DNA of 64,000 bases, taken from the NCBI GenBank assembly GCA_965249105.1, contig OZ252219.1:1173914-1237913 (forward strand), read 5' to 3'. The position numbers and the translations under genes are program-made. The number at the start of each line of letters is the position of its first letter. Position 1 is the stretch's first letter. Shown here piece after piece: positions 1 to 8,823 of this stretch. Source of the DNA: Vicinamibacterales bacterium. GTDB taxonomy: Bacteria; Acidobacteriota; Vicinamibacteria; Vicinamibacterales; UBA8438. Below the pieces are notes generated by a model. It did no database searches, was not told the DNA's origin, and saw only the letters and a program-made list of their open reading frames with translations.

Positions 1-221
1 CGCCGAACCAACGCTGGGTCGGGGACACGACGGAGTTTGTGATCGGCCGCGGCGGGAAGCTGTATCTCGCGGCGATTCTCGACCTGTACTCCCGCTTCTT
101 GGTCGGCTGGGCGGTGAGTGCCATCAACGATCGGCATCTCGTCATCAAGGCCCTCCAGCTGGCCGTGAAACGCCGGGCCCCTGCGGCGGGGCTCTTACAT
201 CACTCCGACCAAGGGAGTCCG
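1..221 (+). pseudogene. IS3-family transposase OrfB (rve/DDE core), N-terminal part, split by an IS30 insertion
   Basis: Frame is open from the window edge: PNQRWVGDTTEFVIGRGGKLYLAAILDLYSRFLVGWAVS...HHSDQGS, typical of the IS3 OrfB core. It resumes in frame at 1671. Confidence 0.8.
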
Positions 222-1670
222 GGTAGATTCAAACGGTCGTCGCAACACCTCAACGGTGAGGAGTTGCGATGGGAACACCGAAACGTCGTCGGTCACCCCG
301 TGCGGGACGTCTTCCGATGCGGTCGCCGGGTCGTCCCACGGCGGGACGCCGTGAGCATCGGCGTCGGTTCTGGGAGGCGATCGCCTGCGGGTTGTCCAGC
401 GACGAGGCGGCGCTGGGGGCCGGCGTGTCCCAGCCGGTCGGAACGAGATGGTTCCGCGAAAGTGGAGGCATGCCGCCGATCAGCCTGGCCCCTCTGTCGG
501 GGCGCTACCTGTCGTTTGCCGAACGAGAAGAGATCGCCATCTTGCACGCCCAGCACTGCGGGGTTCGTGATATCGCTCGGCGAATCAGCCGGTCCCCGTC
601 GACCATCTCTCGGGAGCTCCGTCGCAATGCGGCAACCCGCAGTGGCGGACTCGAGTATCGCGCGACGACCGCGCAGTGGCACGCCGACCTGAAGGCGAAA
701 AGACCGCAGGTGGCGAAGCTCGCTGCACACGACGAACTGCGCCGGTACGTGCAAGACCGACTCGCCGGCAGGATTACGGCCGCCGACGGGACGAGGGTGC
801 CTGGTCCCCATGTGCACTGGAACGGTCGCCGCCACGGGCGCCGTCAAGACCGACGCTGGGCGGCGTCATGGAGTCCTGAGCAAATTGCCAACAGACTCAA
901 GGTCGACTTCCCCGATGATGAGTCGATGCGGATCTCCCACGAGGCCATCTACCAGGCGCTCTACGTGCAGGGACGAGGGGCACTGCGACGCGACCTGGTG
1001 GCGTGCTTGCGGACCGGCCGGGCGCTGCGCGTGCCAAGAGCACGGACACGAGGACGCGGCAAGGCGTTCGTCACTGCCGAACTCATGATCAGCAAGCGCC
1101 CCGCCGAAGCAGACGATCGGGCGGTCCCAGGACACTGGGAAGGTGACCTGATTGTCGGACTGGGGAGCTCTGCGATTGGGACCCTCGTGGAACGCACCAG
1201 CCGATTCACGATGCTGCTGCATCTGCCTCGCATGGATGACTATGGGCAGCCTCGGATCAAGAACGGTCCCGCCCTGGCGGGGCATGGTGCCGAGGCCGTC
1301 CGAGACGCCATCGCGTCGTCGATCATCACGCTGCCCACGCAGCTTCGCCGTTCACTGACATGGGACCAAGGCGCCGAGATGGCTCAACACGTTCAACTCC
1401 GAATCGACACCGGTCTGCCAATCTACTTCTGCGACCCACACAGCCCCTGGCAACGCGGCACGAACGAGAACACCAACGGCCTGCTGCGGCAGTACTTTCC
1501 CAAAGGCACCGACCTGTCCAGACACTCTCGTGATGATCTTGACGCCGTTGCTGCTGCTCTCAACAGTCGCCCCCGCAAGACCCTCGGCTGGAAGACACCC
1601 GCGGAGGCACTTGGCGATCACCTATGCTCAATCACACAACGCGGTGTTGCGACGACACCTTGAACCCAAG
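222..1670 (+). mobile_element. IS30-family insertion sequence, copy 1 (about 1.45 kb)
   Basis: Imperfect IRs: ggtagattcaaacggtcgtcgcaacacc and the reverse complement of ggtgttgcgacgacaccttgaacccaag. A 3-bp direct repeat ccg flanks it (219-221 and 1671-1673). Removing the IS restores the IS3 OrfB frame (DQGSPYASDDY). Confidence 0.85.
269..1663 (+). CDS. IS30 family transposase (464 aa)
   Basis: N-terminal HTH (RDIARRISRSPSTISRELRRN) plus DDE core (HWEGDLIVG...WDQGAEM...YFCDPHSPWQRGTNENTNGLLRQYFPKGTDL). Second copy at 27504..28898. Confidence 0.9.
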   Translation: MGTPKRRRSPRAGRLPMRSPGRPTAGRREHRRRFWEAIACGLSSDEAALGAGVSQPVGTRWFRESGGMPPISLAPLSGRYLSFAEREEIAILHAQHCGVRDIARRISRSPSTISRELRRNAATRSGGLEYRATTAQWHADLKAKRPQVAKLAAHDELRRYVQDRLAGRITAADGTRVPGPHVHWNGRRHGRRQDRRWAASWSPEQIANRLKVDFPDDESMRISHEAIYQALYVQGRGALRRDLVACLRTGRALRVPRARTRGRGKAFVTAELMISKRPAEADDRAVPGHWEGDLIVGLGSSAIGTLVERTSRFTMLLHLPRMDDYGQPRIKNGPALAGHGAEAVRDAIASSIITLPTQLRRSLTWDQGAEMAQHVQLRIDTGLPIYFCDPHSPWQRGTNENTNGLLRQYFPKGTDLSRHSRDDLDAVAAALNSRPRKTLGWKTPAEALGDHLCSITQRGVATTP

Positions 1671-1946
1671 CCGTATGCGAGCGACGATTACCAGTGCATC
1701 ATCATGACGCACCGGATGACCAGCAGCATGAGCCGGCGTGGCAACTGCTACGACAACGCGGTGATGGAGAGTTGGTTCTCCACGGTGAAGCACGAACTCG
1801 GGGAACACTTCGAGAGCTGCGGAGAAGCGCAGATGGCGCTCTTCGACTACATTGAGGTGTTCTACAACCAGCGACGACGACACTCGACGCTCGGCCAGAT
1901 TAGTCCGGCTGAGTTTGAACGAAGGATGGTAACGTCGGCAGCTTAA
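1671..1946 (+). pseudogene. IS3-family OrfB, C-terminal part
   Basis: YASDDYQCIIMTHRMTSSMSRRGNCYDNAVMESWFSTVKHEL...YNQRRRHSTLGQISPAEFE, the canonical IS3 OrfB C-terminus. Confidence 0.8.
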
Positions 1947-1978
1947 CTAAACCGTCTACGAAACTGGATCAAGCCCAT

Positions 1979-3408
1979 GAGTGTGAGCGAAACTTAGTTG
2001 GAAATTGAAGCGGCTCCAAACCCTGTGGTGTGATGACATTGCGAGACGAACATCACGCCACGAGAGAAAGGAGCCGAGATGAGCAGTGTCCTACGGTCGG
2101 TCAGGAAGCGCAAGAAAGGTCGCACGTTGGGCGCGGTCGACGTCATCGACCGAGAGGAGTACGCCGAGCTGGAGGTCGATGCCAAGGTGGAGTTGATCCG
2201 GTCGTTGGTTCCGCTGGGCTTGATGCACATCGAGGAGTTGCTCGACGAGGAAGTGACAGCGCTGGCTGGCGAGCGCTATGCCCGCAAAGCCCCGTCAGTC
2301 GGCGGGCGCCGTCATGGCAGCAACCCCGGGACGGTCGGGTTGGCCGGCCAGCGCGTGCCGATTCGCGTGCCCCGGATTCGCCATGTCACGGAGCGCGAGA
2401 TTCCCCTGCGGTCGTACGAGGCGCTGCATGGCGATCGCGCAGTCAACGACCTGTTGCTGAGGCGCGTGCTGTATGGGATCTCGTGCCGCAACTACGCGGC
2501 GGCCGCCGAGGCGATTCCCAGGGCGATCGGCCTATCGGGGTCGACGGTGTCCCGCGCGTTCATTCAGGCCAGCGCGTCGAAACTCCGCGAGCTCCAGGAG
2601 CGGGACCTCTCCAGGGAGGACGTCGTGGCCCTCGTGCTGGACGGCAAGACGTTCGCCGAGGCGACGATGGTCGTCGCCCTCGGCATCACGATGACGGGGG
2701 ACAAACGGTTCCTGGGCGTCGTCGAGACGGACACGGAGACCGAGAAGGTGTTGACCCCGTTCCTCCGGTCATTGGTCGAGCGGGGCCTCGATGTCTCCCA
2801 GGGGCTTCTGGTGATCGTGGATGGCGGCAAGGGGCTCCGGGCGGCCGTGCGGAAAGCCTTCCGCCACCGCGCCCTGGTGCAACGGTGTCAGTGGCACAAG
2901 CGCGAGAACGTGGTGAGTTACGTGGCCAAGCGTGAGCAGCCGGTGTGGCGGCAGCGTCTCCAGCGCGCCTACAACCGTCCGGAGTACGACGAGGCCCTCG
3001 CCGCCCTCAAGTCGCTCCAGCATGAGCTGGAGGATCGGAACCAATCCGCGGCCGGCAGTCTGGCGGAAGGCCTCGACGAGACCCTGACGTTGCATCGCCT
3101 CGGGGTGTACGGTGTGCTGGGCCGGTCGCTGAAGACGACGAACGGCCTCGAGTCCATCAACGCGCTCATTGAGGAGCGCTGTGCGAAGGTCGATCACTGG
3201 CAGAACTCGAGTCAACGCCATCGCTGGCTGGCCACTGCGCTCCTGGACATCGAGCCACGCCTGCGCAAGGTGAGGGGCTACCGGCACCTGCCCAGGCTTC
3301 GTGACGCATTGAAGCGAGAGCTGAAGATCGACACGACGACGTCGACGAAGAAAGCCGCGTAAGCAATCAGGAGCCGCGGAGAGTTTCAACTAGGAATGGG
3401 CTTGACTC
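1979..3408 (+). mobile_element. IS256-family IS, copy 1 (1430 bp)
   Basis: Ends are gagtgtgagcgaaacttagttgg and ctaggaatgggcttgactc. 8-bp TSD aagcccat at 1971-1978 and 3409-3416. Confidence 0.9.
2079..3362 (+). CDS. IS256 family (Mutator-type) transposase, 427 aa
   Basis: Typical IS256 Tnp layout (LAGERYAR...VVALVLDGK...IVDGGKGLRAAV...QRCQWHKRENV...LESINALIEERC). Four near-identical copies in the window. Confidence 0.9.
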   Translation: MSSVLRSVRKRKKGRTLGAVDVIDREEYAELEVDAKVELIRSLVPLGLMHIEELLDEEVTALAGERYARKAPSVGGRRHGSNPGTVGLAGQRVPIRVPRIRHVTEREIPLRSYEALHGDRAVNDLLLRRVLYGISCRNYAAAAEAIPRAIGLSGSTVSRAFIQASASKLRELQERDLSREDVVALVLDGKTFAEATMVVALGITMTGDKRFLGVVETDTETEKVLTPFLRSLVERGLDVSQGLLVIVDGGKGLRAAVRKAFRHRALVQRCQWHKRENVVSYVAKREQPVWRQRLQRAYNRPEYDEALAALKSLQHELEDRNQSAAGSLAEGLDETLTLHRLGVYGVLGRSLKTTNGLESINALIEERCAKVDHWQNSSQRHRWLATALLDIEPRLRKVRGYRHLPRLRDALKRELKIDTTTSTKKAA

Positions 3409-3544
3409 AAGCCCATTCGCGTGAAGTGATGCGTGTGTGCCATCGTCCTCCTTGAGGCAGGGCAACAAGGGAAGAATCCATGTCCATGTGACGATAAGCC
3501 TAAGAGTCCGAACGCCACGTTAGTCAAACATCGGATGCGAAATG

Positions 3545-3889
3545 TCATGTAGCCTTCTGCCGGCATTCATCGCATTCGCAGATCGATCGCAAATACTCGA
3601 ATGCGAAGATTCCGGTAGCGTGGCCGTCCTTGAAGGCTATGCTGTAGGCATATTGACCCGTTGGTTGCAGGCTGGCGAGTTGTTCGCCGGAAGGGTCGAA
3701 GACCGGCAAGAGGTTGAGGCCGGTCGGTTGCACGACGGGCTTGTTCGCCTCCTCTTGACAAGAAGCGCAGGGACAGCGAGCGCGGAGCCAACCGGATCGA
3801 TATTGGCTGATGTGGCCGTCGCTCCAGTGGATCTTGATGCCCTGGGTTTCCCATTTTTCCAGTTTGAGAGGCTTCAGCGAATCCATCAA
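3545..3889 (-). CDS. DUF971-family protein (gamma-butyrobetaine hydroxylase-like N-terminal domain)
   Basis: IHWSDGHISQYRSGWLRARCPCASC...YAYSIAFKDGHATGIFAFEYLRSICEC. A 4-nt overlap couples it to the upstream Mrp/ApbC gene, a common pairing. Lower GC than surroundings. Confidence 0.7.
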   Translation of the reverse strand: MMDSLKPLKLEKWETQGIKIHWSDGHISQYRSGWLRARCPCASCQEEANKPVVQPTGLNLLPVFDPSGEQLASLQPTGQYAYSIAFKDGHATGIFAFEYLRSICECDECRQKAT

Positions 3890-4686
3890 AATGTCATCCC
3901 GGGGATCCTTGAGGATTCATGACCGGCAGCCTGCTCGCGGGCGCTACGAGCCACTTCCACCAAGGCTTTGGCCGCCGCTGATTCGGGGTCGCGTTTAACC
4001 ACCGGCAGACCCTCGTCGCCGCCCAACACCACGGCCGGATCCAGCGGGACGTGGCCCAAAAACGGTACTTCCAGCTGCTCAGCAGTGTTCTTGCCGCCAC
4101 CGTGACGGAACACCTCCGTACGATGCTGGCAGTTGGGGCACTCGAAAAAGCTCATGTTCTCTACCAAGCCAAGAACCGGGACCTTCAGGTTGCGAAACAT
4201 CTGCAAACCTTTGCGGGCGTCAATCAGGCTGACATCCTGCGGCGTGGTGACCACCACACCACCGGTCAGTGCTGTCTCCTGACACAATGTCAACTGGGCG
4301 TCGCCGGTACCGGGTGGTAGGTCGATAACCAAGTAGTCCAACTCACCCCACTCACATTGGTCCAACATGGCCTTCAAGTACTTGTGCACCATCGGCCCAC
4401 GCACAATGGCGGCTTCTTCCTGCGGCATCAAGAAACCGATGGACATCAGCTGTAACCCTAATGCCTCGATCGGCAAGAATGACTGTTGGGTGGTTCCCAT
4501 TCCAGGTTTAGCGTCTTTAACAGCAAACATGGTCGGCACGCTGGGACCATAAACGTCTCCATCCAGCAGTCCGACTTTCGCTGCCGATTCCGCCAAGACC
4601 AACGCCAGATTCGACGCCACGGTCGACTTACCCACGCCACCCTTGCCCGACGCAACCGCAATGAGCTGTTTGACTTGATCGATCAT
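3886..4686 (-). CDS. apbC: Mrp/NBP35 (ApbC) Fe-S cluster carrier ATPase
   Basis: Deviant Walker A IAVASGKGGVGKSTVASNLA, DLPPGTGD motif and C-terminal CPNC motif. Confidence 0.85.
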   Translation of the reverse strand: MIDQVKQLIAVASGKGGVGKSTVASNLALVLAESAAKVGLLDGDVYGPSVPTMFAVKDAKPGMGTTQQSFLPIEALGLQLMSIGFLMPQEEAAIVRGPMVHKYLKAMLDQCEWGELDYLVIDLPPGTGDAQLTLCQETALTGGVVVTTPQDVSLIDARKGLQMFRNLKVPVLGLVENMSFFECPNCQHRTEVFRHGGGKNTAEQLEVPFLGHVPLDPAVVLGGDEGLPVVKRDPESAAAKALVEVARSAREQAAGHESSRIPGMTF

Positions 4687-4738
4687 TGGGGTTCCTTAAT
4701 TGATAAGAGCACAGCTTTGTCCTTCCAGCCTCGACTGC

Positions 4739-6170
4739 GAGTCAAGCCCATTCCTAGTTGAAACTCTCCGCGGCTCCTGATTGCTTACGCGGCTTTCTTC
4801 GTCGACGTCGTCGTGTCGATCTTCAGCTCTCGCTTCAATGCGTCACGAAGCCTGGGCAGGTGCCGGTAGCCCCTCACCTTGCGCAGGCGTGGCTCGATGT
4901 CCAGGAGCGCAGTGGCCAGCCAGCGATGGCGTTGACTCGAGTGCTGCCAGTGATCGACCTTCGCACAGCGCTCCTCAATGAGCGCGTTGATGGACTCGAG
5001 GCTGTTCGTCGTCTTCAGCGACCGGCCCAGCACACCGTACACCCCGAGGCGATGCAACGTCAGGGTCTCGTCGAGGCCTTCCGCCAGACTGCCGGCCGCG
5101 GATTGGTTCCGATCCTCCAGCTCATGCTGGAGCGACTTGAGGGCGGCGAGGGCCTCGTCGTACTCCGGACGGTTGTAGGCGCGCTGGAGACGCTGCCGCC
5201 ACACCGGCTGCTCACGCTTGGCCACGTAACTCACCACGTTCTCGCGCGTGTGCCACTGACACCGTTGCACCAGGGCGCGGTGGCGGAAGGCTTTCCGCAC
5301 GGCCGCCCGGAGCCCCTTGCCGCCATCCACGATCACCAGAAGCCCCTGGGAGACATCGAGGCCCCGCTCGACCAATGACCGGAGGAACGGGGTCAACACC
5401 TTCTCGGTCTCCGTGTCCGTCTCGACGACGCCCAGGAACCGTTTGTCCCCCGTCATCGTGATGCCCAGCGCGACGACCATCGTCGCCTCGGCGAACGTCT
5501 TGCCGTCCAGCACGAGGGCCACGACGTCCTCCCCGGAGAGGTCCCGCTCCTGGAGCTCGCGGAGTTTCGTCGCGCTGGCCTGAATGAACGCGCGGGACAC
5601 CGTCGACCCCGATAGGCCGATCGCCCTGGGAATCGCCTCGGCGGCCGCCGCGTAGTTGCGGCACGAGATCCCATACAGCACGCGCCGCAGCAACAGGTCG
5701 TTGACTGCGCGATCGCCATGCAGCGCCTCGTACGACCGCAGGGGAATCTCGCGCTCCGTGACATGGCGAATCCGGGGCACGCGAATCGGCACGCGCTGGC
5801 CGGCCAACCCGACCGTCCCGGGGTTGCTGCCATGACGGCGCCCGCCGACTGACGGGGCTTTGCGGGCGTAGCGCTCGCCAGCCAGCGCGGTCACTTCCTC
5901 GTCGAGCAACTCCTCGATGTGCATCAAGCCCAGCGGAACCAACGACCGGATCAACGCCACCTTGGCATCGACCTCCAGCTCGGCGTACTCCTCTCGGTCG
6001 ATGACGTCGACCGCGCCCAACGTGTGACCTTTCTTGCGCTTCCTGACCGATCGTAGGACACTGCTCATCTCGGCTCCTTTCTCTCGTGGGCTGATGTCCG
6101 TCTTCTCAAACGTCATCAAACCACAGGGTTTGGAGCCGCTTCAATTTCCAACTAAGTTTCGCTCACACTC
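4739..6170 (-). mobile_element. IS256-family IS, copy 2 (1432 bp)
   Basis: Same ends as copy 1. Flanks tcgactgc and agtagcaa give no TSD. Confidence 0.9.
4785..6068 (-). CDS. IS256 family transposase
   Basis: Near-identical to 2079..3362. Start set at MSSVLRS, by analogy with copy 1 and the upstream aaaggag. Confidence 0.9.
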   Translation of the reverse strand: MSSVLRSVRKRKKGHTLGAVDVIDREEYAELEVDAKVALIRSLVPLGLMHIEELLDEEVTALAGERYARKAPSVGGRRHGSNPGTVGLAGQRVPIRVPRIRHVTEREIPLRSYEALHGDRAVNDLLLRRVLYGISCRNYAAAAEAIPRAIGLSGSTVSRAFIQASATKLRELQERDLSGEDVVALVLDGKTFAEATMVVALGITMTGDKRFLGVVETDTETEKVLTPFLRSLVERGLDVSQGLLVIVDGGKGLRAAVRKAFRHRALVQRCQWHTRENVVSYVAKREQPVWRQRLQRAYNRPEYDEALAALKSLQHELEDRNQSAAGSLAEGLDETLTLHRLGVYGVLGRSLKTTNSLESINALIEERCAKVDHWQHSSQRHRWLATALLDIEPRLRKVRGYRHLPRLRDALKRELKIDTTTSTKKAA

Positions 6171-6316
6171 AGTAGCAAGGAGGATGGGCACAGTGGACTC
6201 TGGAGCGTTTCCAACAGCGCCTAAGAGAGATAGTGGTGAAAAAGGACGAGCGGGCCAGTTCCAAGAAGAAAGTAAGAAGGGTACGAGAACGGGGCGAGCA
6301 AGCGTTGGAGCTGCGT

Positions 6317-6607
6317 ATGAACGTGAAAATCCTGTTGATTTTCACTTCTGAACTCTATTTGCAGGACAACTTGTTGGCCGAGTACGTGGAGAAAACCGAA
6401 TTACGTCGACCCGATAACTTTGACCGTATCTTCTTGATGGGGCGTGGGGTTCCGCAGTCCGGGGGAGACCCTGGAATCCGGAGGGAATACGATCCTGAAA
6501 CCTGCAGTTATACGTACCTCGAAGTAGGCCACAACCTCACCGAGGAACGCCATCCGGTCTTTGAAGTTCGCCTATCTGAGGAAGTCATCCCGCAAACTCA
6601 GGCTTAG
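6317..6607 (+). CDS. hypothetical protein (low-GC ORF)
   Basis: ORF only (MNVKILLIFTSELYLQDN...). No recognisable motif. Its 3' end converges on hicB. Confidence 0.25.
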   Translation: MNVKILLIFTSELYLQDNLLAEYVEKTELRRPDNFDRIFLMGRGVPQSGGDPGIRREYDPETCSYTYLEVGHNLTEERHPVFEVRLSEEVIPQTQA

Positions 6608-7032
6608 GCAATCGAGCGATCATCCACGACGAGGGCCCGTCCCACGGCGTGCAACGCCCGCTCCACCTGATCGATGCGTGACCGATGGTCGAGGTCCACC
6701 ATCCGTCGTACGGCAGCCTCACCCACACCCAAGCGCCGCGCCAGCTCCACCTTGGTAATCCGATGCCGGCGCATCGCCGTATACAGCGACAACTTTGCCG
6801 ACACCAACGCCGGGACACTAATCAAGATCTGCCCCGCCACCAGCGCCCCAGGCGCGGGGATGTCCCAGCGAGCGTCCACATACCCCCCCAGCGCACATAC
6901 CAGCGCGTCACCTGCGAGGGCCCGCGCCTCTTCGTAGGTGCTCCCTCCGGTGACGACTTCCGGCACATCTGGAACACGTACCAACCATTCATCTCCCTCA
7001 CGTTCAATGCAACACGGGTAGCTGTACACCAT
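6604..7032 (-). CDS. hicB: HicB-family antitoxin
   Basis: MVYSYPCCIEREGDEWLVRVPDVPEVVTGGSTYEEA (HicB fold) plus a C-terminal HTH (ITKVELARRLGVGEAAVRRMVDLDH). One-nt overlap with hicA. Confidence 0.8.
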   Translation of the reverse strand: MVYSYPCCIEREGDEWLVRVPDVPEVVTGGSTYEEARALAGDALVCALGGYVDARWDIPAPGALVAGQILISVPALVSAKLSLYTAMRRHRITKVELARRLGVGEAAVRRMVDLDHRSRIDQVERALHAVGRALVVDDRSIA

Positions 7033-7238
7033 CAAAAGTCCTCCTTCGGAAGATGGAGCTGCGCCAACATCGCCCGCAGTTTGCCAGGCCCAATCTCCCC
7101 GCGACTCAGCGTCGTGAAGTACTGCCCGACCCACACCCGGCCATGGCTTCCCTTCCCTCGTCGGCTGGTGAACGTGAACTCCAGACGGTGTTGCTTGGCG
7201 TACCGCCGAGCGCGTCTTAGAAATTCACGATCGTCCAT
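7032..7238 (-). CDS. hicA: HicA-family mRNA interferase toxin
   Basis: 68 aa with RRGKGSHGRVWVG...GPGKLRAMLAQLHL, upstream of hicB. Confidence 0.7.
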   Translation of the reverse strand: MDDREFLRRARRYAKQHRLEFTFTSRRGKGSHGRVWVGQYFTTLSRGEIGPGKLRAMLAQLHLPKEDF

Positions 7239-7251
7239 ACCGATATTATCG

Positions 7252-7294
7252 TCTATATATGAACGAACAACGATATTATTCGTTCATATATAGA
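7252..7294. promoter_or_regulatory. Perfect 16-bp inverted repeat in an AT-rich patch upstream of hicA (putative operator/promoter)
   Basis: tctatatatgaacgaa-N11-ttcgttcatatataga, plus a direct repeat cgatattat. The patch is AT-rich against a high-GC background. Confidence 0.5.
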
Positions 7295-7415
7295 AATTAT
7301 TGCGGGTTTCGCTCTCACCAGGAAGGCCAGAGGTTTGGCCATGATGCGGCTGTGGCGCGGGCAAGCGCTTGGATGACGTTGGGTGCTGGCGCGGTCGTGA
7401 TCGTCGAGACCGGCG

Positions 7416-7676
7416 TCACCGATTCGACGGCGGGTGACGCGCAGGCGAAACCTTCCCGCGGGCGGGGGTCGCGGGCGGGTACGGCGCTTCTCCGGCATAC
7501 CGCCTCGCTTCGGCAATCGGAATGCGGATGGTGCCACGGAGCCCGAACCGCCGGACCCGCAGTGCGCCGGCGTCGATCTCCTTGTAGATCATGCGTGTCG
7601 TGAGCCGGAGATACGCGGCCAGATCCGCCACCGTGACGAACGGCGCGTCATGCGTCCGCAAGTCGCGGACGGTCAT
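7416..7676 (-). CDS. excisionase-family (MerR/AlpA-like) HTH DNA-binding protein
   Basis: MTVRDLRTHDAPFVTVADLAAYLRLTTRMIYKEIDAGALRVRRFGLRGTIRIPIAEARRY. ATGA overlap with the terminase remnant stop. Confidence 0.6.
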   Translation of the reverse strand: MTVRDLRTHDAPFVTVADLAAYLRLTTRMIYKEIDAGALRVRRFGLRGTIRIPIAEARRYAGEAPYPPATPARGKVSPARHPPSNR

Positions 7677-8037
7677 CCGCCCTCCCGCGTGCGCGCGACC
7701 GAGGCCGCGCGGTACCCCAGCGCGACCGCCTCGAACGCCAGGGCCGCCGAGTCCGCCTGGTCGTCGTGCTTCGCCACCGGCACGCTGGCAGTTCCTCAAG
7801 CCACGCCTGATTCCACGCGCCCGTGAGCAGCCGCACGTTCCCCGCTTCGGCCTGCACGGCGAACGGCCGCCACCGCGTCGTCTTGGCCCCGGTGGCTGGC
7901 TGGCCTTGATAGTCGTAGCCGGCCAGCATTCGAGTGTGGCTGGCAATCACGTTCTTGCCGCTGTGCCCGCCTTCTTGCTCTTCCCGAATCCGCACACGCG
8001 GACCGTCCAGCTCGGCCGTCTGCCGAATCGCGAGCAG
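7673..8037 (-). pseudogene. phage terminase large subunit, C-terminal nuclease fragment (5'-truncated, frameshifted)
   Basis: LAIRQTAELDGPRVRIREEQEGGHSGKNVIASH...GNVRLLTGAWNQAWLEEL, then KHDDQADSAALAFEA in another frame. It ends exactly at the end of repeat copy A. Confidence 0.65.
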
Positions 8038-8617
8038 CGGAACATAATCCGCTGAGCTCGATCAAAAGTTTTAATCCGGGATAAGCCGGGATCATCCGGG
8101 ATGGCCCCGGGATGCGACTCGCGCGAGAACAACAACTTATCCTCCGATGCGGAGGTACCGACGCTGCCCGCCAAGACACTCCCCCTGAGCCGGTCAAGGA
8201 GTGTGAAGCGGGACATAGTAGGGACCCATCAAATATTCGTCGTTTATTCGCTTGACGACGTGCGAGACGGGTTCGCTCGAGACTGCCCCCACCGCCACCC
8301 AGTCTGGCTGATGCTCGCACTCCGGGATCGCTCGGGGGCGGCCCCCGAGTTTTTCTGTGGATGCCGGGCGATTTCGACGGTCGCGGGCGCGGCGCCGAGA
8401 AGACGAGACACGTCTGGAGCGAGGTGGCGCCGGTATGCGGGCGATCGTCTCGCGAGCCGGTTTCCGTGGTCCGGGTGGGGCGCACGTGAGAGCCTCCCGG
8501 GACACCTCTCCCACGGACGGCGGATCCGGCCTCGGCACGGCCCAATTCTGTCGCCCTCCCCGTCAGTCGTTGCGCCCGCGCGAGTCGCATCCCGGGGTCA
8601 TCCCGGGTTATCCCGGG
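8038..8617 (+). repeat. CCGGGAT-TIR element, copy A (main body; its right TIR is interrupted by an IS)
   Basis: Left end is cggaacataatccgctgagctcgatcaaaagttttaatccggg, followed by CCGGGAT at 8076, 8086, 8096 and 8107. Core is colinear with copy B (59202..59821). Confidence 0.85.
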
Positions 8618-8823
8618 AGGCACTTGCAAAACTCCTGGCCGACAGTGGAACAAGCGTCAGGGTTTGGGTGCAAACTGGTCACTCGGGCCCAGGGCACCGG
8701 GATCGAGGCACCGATTCATGAGGAGACGCAGGCCCGCCCGGGCATTGGGCGAGGGTCTGGCAAGAGCTGCCGCCTTCTGCGCGTAGGCAGCTGGGTGGAT
8801 CGAGGTCATCACGTCACCGATGG

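Noticed and set aside
4758-5378. 206-aa ORF (MKLSAAPDCLRGF...) repeated four times
   Set aside because: It always lies antisense to the IS256 transposase, so it repeats only because the IS repeats. It has no motif, and coding bias favours the transposase frame.
1979-6170. IS256-apbC-DUF971-IS256 as a mobilised composite transposon
   Set aside because: Copy 1 carries its own 8-bp TSD on both of its sides and copy 2 has none. The outer flanks of the pair do not share a duplication.
8076-8113. Tandem CCGGGAT units considered as a CRISPR-like or minisatellite array
   Set aside because: The period is only 10-11 bp with no spacers and there are 3-5 units. The array always forms part of an inverted terminal repeat, so it is not a CRISPR.
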